DNA from: Acidimicrobiales bacterium
GTDB lineage: Bacteria > Actinomycetota > Acidimicrobiia > Acidimicrobiales > SZUA-35
DNA: 59,145 bases
Assembly: GCA_041594435.1 (NCBI GenBank)
Contig: JBFHME010000003.1
Span: 1-59,145, forward strand
Direction of reading: 5' to 3'
Shown: piece by piece, positions 47,673 through 55,864 of the stretch
How the letters are laid out: every line of letters begins with the position of its first letter
How positions within the stretch are numbered: position 1 is the stretch's first letter
Program-made: the position numbers and the translations under genes
The notes under the pieces: model-generated
The model's input: the letters and a program-made list of their open reading frames with translations, nothing else
What the model was told of the DNA's origin: nothing
The model's database searches: none

Positions 47673-49069
47673 CAGGCAACCCCCACGTAGTTCTGCGCCC
47701 TGTCCCGCAGCTCCAGCGACAGCGAACCCTCCGCATCCACCACGGTCACGTCCGGCTGGCGCGACAGCGCCGTCAGGGCACGCGAATGGGAGGTGCCGAG
47801 CAAGGCCACATCGGAGGCGTCCAAGGCCTCCTCAGGTGTCCGGTACAGGAGTTTGGCCAGGTGGGGCAGACGTTGCTCGATGAAGCTCCGATTGGTTCCA
47901 CGCACCTTGCTCCAATCGAGATCGGGATCCCAGATTCGGATGTCGAGTCCACGACCGAGCAGCCGCTCGGCGACCCCGACGTAGGGGCTCTCGCGGAGAT
48001 CGTCGGTGCCGGTCTTGAATGTCAGGCCGAGGAGCGTCACCCGACCGGGGTGATACGACTCGATCAGCCGGATCGTATGCTCGAAATGGCGGTCGTTGGA
48101 CGGCAGCACGCTGCCGAGTAGCGGGAGTTCGAGGTCGAGCTGGCGGCTGTGGTAGGCGATCGCCCGAAGGTCCTTGGGCAGACAACTTCCGCCGAAGGCG
48201 AATCCCGGGCGGAGGTAGGCGGGCGAGACGTTCAGCTGGGTGTCCTGACAGAAGATGTCCATGACCGACTGCCCGTGGGCGCCGACCGCTTGCGCCCAAC
48301 GACCGATCTCGTTGGCGAACGTCACCTTCATGGCGTGGAACGCATTGCACGCGTACTTGATGGTTTCCGCTGTCGTCACCGATACGGAGTGAACGGGTTG
48401 ACCGGTGAAGTCGAAGAGACGTTCGATGGCCCACTGGGAACGAGCATCGCCAACCCCGGCAACCGTGAACGGCGGAGCCAGGAAGTCACGGACCGCCGAT
48501 GCCTCACGAAGAAACTCGGGGCACATGGCCAACCCGAAGTCGACGCCGGCCGACAGTCCGTGGCGGTCCTTCATCTGGTCACCGATTGCGTCGACCGTGC
48601 CGGGCAGGACGGTCGACCGGACCACGATGACGGGGAACGTGCCTCGGGCCCGACCGGTGGTCGACGGTGACAATGAAGTCTGGTCGAGGTGGCGGTCGGC
48701 GACCAGTGAGGCCACGATCGCGTCGACGACCGACGCGACGGCGTCGGCGTCGGGTGATCCGGACGTCCTCGACGGGGTGCCCACGCAGACGAGATGGATG
48801 TCCACTGACGACACCAGCGAGTCGAGCAGCTGCGGGCTGTAGCGGCGAGCCTCCAGCCGACCGTTGTTGGTGACGCGGCCGACGATCTCGGCGAGGCCCG
48901 GCTCCACAACGGTCGGAACACCCGAATCGATCTGCGCGATCTTGCCTTCATCGGTGTCGATCCCGATCACCCGGTGCCCCTGATCGGCCAGGCACGCCGC
49001 ACTGACCGAGCCGACGTAGCCAAGACCGTGAACGGCCACTGTCAGCGGTTGCCCATTCGGCCCTGTCAT
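47669..49069 (-). CDS. Nucleotide-sugar 6-dehydrogenase (UDP-glucose/GDP-mannose dehydrogenase family; WbpA/WecC-like)
   Basis: VHGLGYVGSVSAACLADQGH...FGGSCLPKD (catalytic Cys). ATG 49069 overlaps the DegT stop. Confidence 0.9.
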   Translation of the reverse strand: MTGPNGQPLTVAVHGLGYVGSVSAACLADQGHRVIGIDTDEGKIAQIDSGVPTVVEPGLAEIVGRVTNNGRLEARRYSPQLLDSLVSSVDIHLVCVGTPSRTSGSPDADAVASVVDAIVASLVADRHLDQTSLSPSTTGRARGTFPVIVVRSTVLPGTVDAIGDQMKDRHGLSAGVDFGLAMCPEFLREASAVRDFLAPPFTVAGVGDARSQWAIERLFDFTGQPVHSVSVTTAETIKYACNAFHAMKVTFANEIGRWAQAVGAHGQSVMDIFCQDTQLNVSPAYLRPGFAFGGSCLPKDLRAIAYHSRQLDLELPLLGSVLPSNDRHFEHTIRLIESYHPGRVTLLGLTFKTGTDDLRESPYVGVAERLLGRGLDIRIWDPDLDWSKVRGTNRSFIEQRLPHLAKLLYRTPEEALDASDVALLGTSHSRALTALSRQPDVTVVDAEGSLSLELRDRAQNYVGVAW

Positions 49070-50241
49070 CGCGTTGCCGCCCTCGTCGTGAGCACCTTGT
49101 GGATCACCTGACAGACCTTCTCGAGGTCGTCGTCGGCGATGTCGGGAAACATCGGAAGTGAGACCAGCCCGCCGGCGGCGCGTTCGACAACCGGGAGATA
49201 ACCACGACTGAACCTCTCGAACGCCGGTTGGCGATGGCACGGAACGGGATAGTGGATCGAGGTGGCGATTCCATCTTCGGCCAGCCGCCGCCGGAATCGA
49301 TCACGCCTGTGGACCCTGACCGCCATGATGTGGTGAACCGGCTTACCGCCTTCGTCGATCTGGAGCAACTGAACGGGTAGGTCGGCCAGCCGGGACCGGT
49401 AGCGGGCCGCGATGGCCCGGCGGCGTTCGTTCGCGTCATCGAGCCCGGCCAACTTGACGCTCAGGAACGCGGCCTGCAAACCGTCAAGCCTGCTGTTGCG
49501 CCCGACCTCGACGTGAACGCCGTCGCGGCTACTCCGGCCGTGGTTGGCGAGCATGCGGACTCTCTCCGCCAGTGCCGTGTCGTTGGTGACGACGGCACCG
49601 CCGTCGCCGAGAGCACTGAGATTCTTCCCCGGATAGAAGCTGAATGTACCGGCCCTACCCAACGCACCGGCCCGGATCCCCGACCGGGTCGCACCGTGAG
49701 CCTGCGCCGCATCCTCAACGACGGCGATTCCCCGGGGGCTGGTAACCGACAGGATCGAGTTCACGTCGACCATCTGGCCGAACAGGTGGACGGCAATGAC
49801 CGCAGCAGTCGCCGGGCTGAGCGCCGAAAGAACCGACGCGGGGGTTATCAGCAATGTCCCCGGATCGACGTCGACGAACACGGGCGAGGCACCGACCGCG
49901 ACGACGGCGGCGACCGTGGCCACGAACGTGTTGGCCGGCACGATGACCTCATCACCCCGGCCGACCCCAAGACCACGCAGGACCAGTTCGATGGCGTCGG
50001 TTCCGTTGGCCACACCGACGGCATGGCTCACACCGCAGTAGGTAGCCCATTCCTGCTCGAATCGCGTCAACCACTGACCCCCGACGAAAGCGTTACCCTC
50101 CACGACCTCGTCGAAGCGGCGGTGGAGAAAGGGAAGCAGCGGGCGGTGCTGGGCCAGGAGATCGTTGAACGGCACGTCGCCGACTCGGTTTCTGGGACGT
50201 CGAGCGGCGGGATGCCAACCCGGAGTGAAACAGGCACTCAT
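49066..50241 (-). CDS. DegT/DnrJ/EryC1/StrS family PLP-dependent sugar aminotransferase (WbpE-like)
   Basis: GVANGTDAIELVLR...FSFYPGKNLSALGDGGAVVTND (PLP-binding Lys). GGAGA SD. ATGA overlap. Confidence 0.92.
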   Translation of the reverse strand: MSACFTPGWHPAARRPRNRVGDVPFNDLLAQHRPLLPFLHRRFDEVVEGNAFVGGQWLTRFEQEWATYCGVSHAVGVANGTDAIELVLRGLGVGRGDEVIVPANTFVATVAAVVAVGASPVFVDVDPGTLLITPASVLSALSPATAAVIAVHLFGQMVDVNSILSVTSPRGIAVVEDAAQAHGATRSGIRAGALGRAGTFSFYPGKNLSALGDGGAVVTNDTALAERVRMLANHGRSSRDGVHVEVGRNSRLDGLQAAFLSVKLAGLDDANERRRAIAARYRSRLADLPVQLLQIDEGGKPVHHIMAVRVHRRDRFRRRLAEDGIATSIHYPVPCHRQPAFERFSRGYLPVVERAAGGLVSLPMFPDIADDDLEKVCQVIHKVLTTRAATR

Positions 50242-51401
50242 CTGGTCTCCAGAACGACGTGATGATCACCCGGTCCGTGCCCGTTGGTCGCCGCTGCCAG
50301 GCCGTTGAACGCCCTGGGAGGCTCGATCAGGTCGCTGTAGGTGATCTCCACCGGCCGATCTGCGTGAAACGACGACGTCGCCGCCTCGAGAATCTGCACC
50401 ACCGCCAAACCGGTCCTTCCATCGGAGGGGACCCTGGAGCCGGCCAGCGCAGCCGCCACGAACGTCCGATCCTCCACGGCGAGCGGCTCCTGGGACTCGA
50501 TGTAGGGGCATTCGATCCCGCCCCTCCGGTAGGTGGCCGGGCCGGCGGCCGAACCGTCGACCTCGAGGTCGGCGTGCAGCCCCTTGTCGAAGATCTTCAC
50601 CCGCTCGTCCTCGGCCAGGTCGTCGTACACGGCCATCTTGCGGCTGCCGACCACCGTGACCCGCCGAACCTTGCACGGATCCAGCCAACTGACGTGGACC
50701 TGGGCCACGAGGCCGATCTCGGTGTAGTGCAGTCGCAGGTAGGCGACGTCCTCGACGGGCTGGTGGCCGAGCGTTCCCGCCCACGCCGAGACGACCGACG
50801 GGCGCGAACCCAGGACGTAGTTGAGAATCGAGACGTCATGGGGGGCGAGATCCCACAGGACATTCACGTCACCCTGGAACAAACCCAGATTCAGCCGGGC
50901 CGTGTAGATGTGGTAGACCTCGCCGAGCGCCCCGTCCTGAACGAGTTCCCGCAGTTTCCAGACGGCCGGGTTGTATTCGAAGGTGTGACCGCTCATCAGG
51001 ATTCTGTCGTTGCGATCGGCCGACCTGACCAGTGCCTCGGCCTCGATCGTCGACGTGGCCAGAGGCTTCTCGACGAGAACGTGGCAGCCGGCCTCCAGGG
51101 CCTCCGAAGCGAGGGCGGCGTGCGTTCGAGGTGGTGTGGCCACGACCACCGCGTCGAGTTCGCCCACCGCTTCGGAAAGGCGGTCCGTTGCCGCGACGTA
51201 GGGGTGCTGGGCGGTCACCGTGTCCAGCACCTCCGTGGACCGGTCGATGGCGACCACCTGCTCGACGTCCGGATCGGCGGACAGAACGCGGACGTGTTTG
51301 GAGCCCCAGTACCCGCAGCCGAGAACACCGACCCTCAACCCCGGGCGCCGACCGGGTTGCCACCGACGCTGCGATTCATCGAATGGTGTTCTTGTCGACA
51401 T
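50238..51401 (-). CDS. Gfo/Idh/MocA family sugar oxidoreductase (WbpB-like), first gene of the operon
   Basis: LRVGVLGCGYWGSKHV Rossmann motif. ATG 51401 is preceded by AGAGGGGA. ATG 51428 lacks an SD. Confidence 0.9.
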   Translation of the reverse strand: MSTRTPFDESQRRWQPGRRPGLRVGVLGCGYWGSKHVRVLSADPDVEQVVAIDRSTEVLDTVTAQHPYVAATDRLSEAVGELDAVVVATPPRTHAALASEALEAGCHVLVEKPLATSTIEAEALVRSADRNDRILMSGHTFEYNPAVWKLRELVQDGALGEVYHIYTARLNLGLFQGDVNVLWDLAPHDVSILNYVLGSRPSVVSAWAGTLGHQPVEDVAYLRLHYTEIGLVAQVHVSWLDPCKVRRVTVVGSRKMAVYDDLAEDERVKIFDKGLHADLEVDGSAAGPATYRRGGIECPYIESQEPLAVEDRTFVAAALAGSRVPSDGRTGLAVVQILEAATSSFHADRPVEITYSDLIEPPRAFNGLAAATNGHGPGDHHVVLETR

Positions 51402-51457
51402 GATCCCCTCTGCGTCGAAACCGCTCATGTGTCAATGGAGGGGTTTCAAGTCGTGAA

Positions 51458-51486
51458 ATAAGTGGTTGGAAGTCCGCCAAATGCAA
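51458..51486 (-). promoter_or_regulatory. Candidate promoter of the glycan operon
   Basis: On the minus strand: TTGCAT (51486-51481), 17 nt, ACTTAT (51463-51458). Weak match, in a relatively AT-rich 300-nt divergent region. Confidence 0.3.
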
Positions 51487-51673
51487 GGCCCCCGTTTTGT
51501 ACCACGAGGTCCGACTCCGGTCCGTCGAGCGTTCGTCCCGCTGCCGTCTCCCCATTCCTCCGATCTCGTCATCAGGACATACGCGCTGCGTTGATCAACG
51601 TCACCGCCGCGTCACACCGACGTCTCAACTGCCGTACGTCTGTGGAGACGGCCGGTTAATCTTGTCGAAATGC

Positions 51674-51702
51674 TTGACAACGCATGTCGCACGAACCATA
51701 AG
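51674..51702 (+). promoter_or_regulatory. Candidate promoter of the SARP gene
   Basis: Perfect TTGACA (51674-51679), 17 nt, CATAAG (51697-51702). The GGAGGGA SD precedes ATG 51729. Confidence 0.45.
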
Positions 51703-51728
51703 TAGGGGGCGGAGTTTTCGGAGGGATC

Positions 51729-52616
51729 ATGCTTCTGGCGGACCCAAAAAAATTCCGCGCCCGTATTTCTTTAATTCCAGGCTTCTCGATAACCGTTGAC
51801 GGTAAGAGCCGCGAGTTGGGCAACGCGCCATCGCGCCTCTTGGCCGTGCTCGCGCTGAGCGCCGGGCCACTCGAACGATCTGCGGTGGCCAGCACGCTCT
51901 GGCCCGATCTCCCTGAGGCTCGGGCCGGAGCGAATCTTCGAAACTGCCTGTGGCGGCTCAAACAGCTCGATCGCGAGATCGTCGAGTCCGATGGGGGTCG
52001 CGTACGACTGAGCGACTCCGTCGGCGTCGACTACTCCGACGGGCGGCACCTCGCCCACCAGGTGCTGGGTCAGGGGCAGATTCAGCCGTTCCTCGACGCC
52101 GACGGCGAGTCCCGGGTTCGCATCCAGCAGTTGATTCACTCCTTCACCTCCGAGCTACTTGTCGGCTGGTACGAGGAGTGGCTGGACGTGCACCAGGAGC
52201 GATGGAGACAACTGCGGCTTCATGCGCTCGACTCCCTGTCGACACAGCTGACCAACGCCGGGTTGTATGCGCCGGCCATCGACGCGGCGACGGCGGCCGT
52301 GGCGGCGGAACCCCTTCGGGAGTCCGGCTACCGCTCGTTGGTCGCGGCCCACCTGGCCGAGGGAAACGTCGGCGAGGCGATCCGCACCCACAACCAGTAC
52401 TGCAGCGTGCTGGAGCGGGAGCTCGGGGTGTCTCCTTCCCTCCAGATGTACGAGCTGCTTCGCCCCGTGACCGGCACGACCTCCCCGAACGGCTACTCGG
52501 TCCAATCGGATCCCGGCCGGGGCCGCGGACCGGGCGCCTCGGATCAGGCCAGCCCGGCCCGGCCGTCGACAACCGACCATGGTGGCGGCCGGGCCCCCGT
52601 CGGAACCGATACGTGA
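51729..52616 (+). CDS. SARP-type (AfsR/DnrI/RedD) transcriptional activator: OmpR-like winged helix plus BTAD domain
   Basis: FSITVDGKSRELGNAPSRLLAVLAL...NLRNCLWRLKQ (winged helix), then LLVGWYEEWLDVHQERWRQLRLHAL...ESGYRSLVAAHLAEGNVGEAIRTHNQYCSVLERELGVSPS (BTAD). Confidence 0.85.
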   Translation: MLLADPKKFRARISLIPGFSITVDGKSRELGNAPSRLLAVLALSAGPLERSAVASTLWPDLPEARAGANLRNCLWRLKQLDREIVESDGGRVRLSDSVGVDYSDGRHLAHQVLGQGQIQPFLDADGESRVRIQQLIHSFTSELLVGWYEEWLDVHQERWRQLRLHALDSLSTQLTNAGLYAPAIDAATAAVAAEPLRESGYRSLVAAHLAEGNVGEAIRTHNQYCSVLERELGVSPSLQMYELLRPVTGTTSPNGYSVQSDPGRGRGPGASDQASPARPSTTDHGGGRAPVGTDT

Positions 52617-53980
52617 AGCGAAAGGCCGGGGTCTCGGCTGGGAACGGCGCCGGGGGGGTCACGTTGCCGGACCGCCTCTATCGCCGAGTCCTGGCGGCCG
52701 CCACGACGACGGTGGTGGAGCCGCTGCTCGGCACCCGCTACCTCAGTCTGTCCCGGCAGCGAGAGCAATGGTGGACACTGTCTTGCGAGGAGCGGGACCG
52801 GTGGCGGGCCGATCGTCTGGAACGACTACTCGACTACACCGGTCGCCACGTGCGAGCCTATCGGGACCTGCCGGCCGATCTCGACCGATTGCCGGTGATC
52901 GACAAGCAGGTCATCATCGACCGTTTCGAGGACTTCCTCTCCGACGAGCACGAGCGGCAGCCGGTGGTCTGGAAGCACACCGGCGGTTCGACCGGTGACC
53001 CCTGGAACTACCCGCTCGACCGGCGGGCCTGGGCCGAGTCGTACGCAACGCAGATCTACCGGTACCGTGGGCTCGGCGTCGACTACGGTGACCGTCGGTT
53101 GCTGTTGGGTTTCCCGGCGTCGCTCGGCTTGCACAGGATGGGATGGAGCCGACGACTGCGCATGCTGGCGGAACGAACCCACGTGGCGCTGAGCAGCCTC
53201 GAGGTCGACAAGGCCGCCAGCCTGACCAGGGCCGTGGCGGCCGCGCGACTCGACGCCCGCATGTGGTACGGGTACGCTTCCACCATCGCCCAGATGGCGG
53301 CGGCAGTCCTCGACAGTGGCACCAGACTGTCCGGCCCACCGCTCATCGTTACCATGGCCGAGCCGCTCTGGCCCGACTGGCACCGGGACATCACCGAGGC
53401 CTTCGGGTCGACGGTCGTCGAGGAGTACGGCTGCAACGATGGGGGGATCATGGCCCATCGTTGCAGGGCGGGCAACCTGCACCTGGCCGACCATCAGTCG
53501 ATCGTCGAGGTTCTCGATGACGACGGCGCTCCCTGCCCACCTGGTCGAGCGGGCGACATCGTCATCACCAACCTGCACGCAAGGCACCTGCCCTTCATCC
53601 GCTATCGGGCGGGCGACATCGGCGTACTCGGCCCGGATCCGTGTCCCTGCGATCAACCGGGGCGGACCCTGGCCGCCGTCACAGGCCGGTCCGGCGACTA
53701 CATCCGGCTACCCAACGGCACGGAACTGGTGCCGGCCGCGTTCTTCATCCCGTTCAATCAGATCGAAGGGGTGCGCCGGTGGCAGATGATCCAGCCCGAC
53801 CCGTCGGAGTTGGTCATCCGGATCGAGCCGAGGCCGTCGTGGACCGCGCAGGAGCGCGACACGATCCTGGCCTGGGTGCGCGACCGGACCGCCGATCAGC
53901 TGGCGGTTCGGCTGACGACCGACGAACCGTTCGAACTCACGCCTGGCGGCAAGCACCGGATCGTGGTCAGGAAGTTCTGA
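52613..53980 (+). CDS. CapK / PaaK-like adenylate-forming enzyme (phenylacetate-CoA ligase / coenzyme F390 synthetase family)
   Basis: WKHTGGSTGDPWNY (P-loop-like AMP motif) ...EEYGCNDGG...IRYRAGDIG...GRSGDYIRLPNG. GTG 52613 overlaps the SARP TGA. The upstream part of ORF 51950..53980 is a shadow of the SARP gene. Confidence 0.8.
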   Translation: MKRKAGVSAGNGAGGVTLPDRLYRRVLAAATTTVVEPLLGTRYLSLSRQREQWWTLSCEERDRWRADRLERLLDYTGRHVRAYRDLPADLDRLPVIDKQVIIDRFEDFLSDEHERQPVVWKHTGGSTGDPWNYPLDRRAWAESYATQIYRYRGLGVDYGDRRLLLGFPASLGLHRMGWSRRLRMLAERTHVALSSLEVDKAASLTRAVAAARLDARMWYGYASTIAQMAAAVLDSGTRLSGPPLIVTMAEPLWPDWHRDITEAFGSTVVEEYGCNDGGIMAHRCRAGNLHLADHQSIVEVLDDDGAPCPPGRAGDIVITNLHARHLPFIRYRAGDIGVLGPDPCPCDQPGRTLAAVTGRSGDYIRLPNGTELVPAAFFIPFNQIEGVRRWQMIQPDPSELVIRIEPRPSWTAQERDTILAWVRDRTADQLAVRLTTDEPFELTPGGKHRIVVRKF

Positions 53981-54023
53981 CCGCTGAGCCGATCGGCCGC
54001 CGGCATGATCCGGAGATCCCGTT

Positions 54024-54635
54024 TCAGTCGGCGTCCCGACCAATCCGTTCGGCGATGGCCTCGAGCAGCTCGGTCTGGCGGAACTGGTTCATGAAGAACT
54101 CCAGCGTCATGCGGATCATGACCAGGTAGAACAGCCCGATGAGCGGGCCCAGGATCAGTGCAACAAGCCCCGATGCACCGCCACCGGCCAGGCCGCCGAT
54201 CACGAAGAGCAGCGTCAACAGCGCGACGGCGACGAGCACCAGGATGTAGACGACCGAGACGGCGCGGCCGGTTATGAAACTTGTGAACGTCGTGTCGAAC
54301 AGCGTCGACAGGAACCCTTTCACGTCCGCGGAGCCGGAAGAGCCTCCGGAGCCGGCCAGGTCTCGAGATCGGTCGATGCCGGTGTCGGCGTTTCCCGGAT
54401 CCGGGGTCTGCGTCCACGCCACCGTCGCTTCCTGGCCGCTGAATCCGGTTGACGGTTCCGGGGTCGACGCCGGCTCGGGAGCCGTGTACCGGGCAGTGGG
54501 ATTCACCGGCTGAGGCTCGCCCTGCCACGATGCGCCGTCCCAATACCGTTGCGTGCCCGGCGGATCGCCCTGGGCGTAATACCATCCCGCCGGGCGATAA
54601 CCGCCACCGGCCGATTGGCCCGACATGTCACTCAT
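54024..54635 (-). CDS. DUF2510-like N-terminus plus DUF4282-like membrane domain protein
   Basis: GWYYAQGDPPGTQRYWDGASW motif, a P/T/S linker, then FLSTLFDTTFTSFITGRAVSVVYIL... with two TM segments. AGAGGGAGAGG SD before ATG 54635. Confidence 0.65.
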   Translation of the reverse strand: MSDMSGQSAGGGYRPAGWYYAQGDPPGTQRYWDGASWQGEPQPVNPTARYTAPEPASTPEPSTGFSGQEATVAWTQTPDPGNADTGIDRSRDLAGSGGSSGSADVKGFLSTLFDTTFTSFITGRAVSVVYILVLVAVALLTLLFVIGGLAGGGASGLVALILGPLIGLFYLVMIRMTLEFFMNQFRQTELLEAIAERIGRDAD

Positions 54636-54779
54636 GGCCTCTCCCTCTGTCCTCGAGGCGGCCGGCCGTTGTGCCGGCCACCAGCGGCAACTGTAGGTGC
54701 CGAGCAGGCCCGGGCTCAACCTTCACCCGCACCCACGGCCGCAGCGGCCGGAACGCGGAGCCCGACGCCCACAATCCGG

Positions 54780-55862
54780 TCAAACGGATTCGGCGAACAG
54801 CCTTCCGGTTGCCGTGGTGAGGAACCGATCGAACGGGATTTCCTCCTGTTTGATGAAGCCGTTCCGGGGCAGGTATCCGTCTCGTACCATCTGGATCACC
54901 GCGGCGACGGAGCCGGCCGTCGTCCAGGCGATCGCGGTGGCCGGCTCGTGACCGACCGTGATCGGTCGGAACTTGCGCACGTACTCCAGCCGCTTGAGCT
55001 GATCGTCGATCCAGCCCTCGGACGTCACGTGGATATAGACGGCATCCGCGGCCACCGGAGGCTTGGCGTTGGTGAGGATCTCCCCCGCCAGCTCCCGCCG
55101 ATCCCGCATCAACAACTCGTGGAAGAAGAAGTTCATCAGATCCATGTGCCCGGGATAACGCATCGTCTTGTAGTCCAGGTTCTCGACCCGATCGAGATAG
55201 GTCTCACACATCGTCCCGAGACCACCGGAGGTGGTGAACGCCTCGAGCCGGGTTCCGGCCACGTACACCGTCTCCTTCCACTCCATCGGCGACACCCACT
55301 TGTGAACGCCCTGTTCGATGACCTCGCAGTCGTTGAGATACTCGTTGACCACACCCTCGGGTGACCAGTTGAAGGCATACGCGAGCAACCCGGTGGGGTG
55401 CTCGGGAAGAGCCCCCACACGCATCCGAATCGACCGGCATCGGTCAAACGATTCGGCCTGGGAGGCGGCGACGATGCCGACGAAGCCGGGAGCCAGGCCG
55501 CACTGGGGGGCCATGACCCCGCGCGACGTTCGGGCCAAAGACCGAATATGCCGGGTGGTGGCCACGTCCTCGGTGAGGTCGAAATAGTGGATGCCGAGGT
55601 CATGGGCCACGTCGGCGACCCCGATGTTGAGCGAGTACGGCAGGCACGACAGCACGGCCTGACGATCGGCCAACGCGGCCTTCAAGGCACGGGTGTCGGA
55701 CACGTCGGTGGGCTTGACCGGAAACGGTTCGTACCCGGAGCGGGGCCGCACATCGTGGCCGACGACGTCAAAGCCCGCGTCGGACAGCAGGTGGGCGGCG
55801 AGCAGCCCGACCTTTCCGAGGCCGAGCACCGCCACGGATTCGAGCTGGTTCGGGTCGGTCAC
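54780..55862 (-). CDS. Saccharopine-dehydrogenase-family enzyme, L-lysine 6-dehydrogenase-like
   Basis: VAVLGLGKVGLLAAHLL Rossmann motif. The LEAFTTSGGLGTMCETY...LDYKTMRYPGH block closely resembles my memory of the Geobacillus LysDH block (LEAFHTSGGTST...LEYKTIRYRGH). Confidence 0.75.
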   Translation of the reverse strand: MTDPNQLESVAVLGLGKVGLLAAHLLSDAGFDVVGHDVRPRSGYEPFPVKPTDVSDTRALKAALADRQAVLSCLPYSLNIGVADVAHDLGIHYFDLTEDVATTRHIRSLARTSRGVMAPQCGLAPGFVGIVAASQAESFDRCRSIRMRVGALPEHPTGLLAYAFNWSPEGVVNEYLNDCEVIEQGVHKWVSPMEWKETVYVAGTRLEAFTTSGGLGTMCETYLDRVENLDYKTMRYPGHMDLMNFFFHELLMRDRRELAGEILTNAKPPVAADAVYIHVTSEGWIDDQLKRLEYVRKFRPITVGHEPATAIAWTTAGSVAAVIQMVRDGYLPRNGFIKQEEIPFDRFLTTATGRLFAESV

Positions 55863-55864
55863 GA

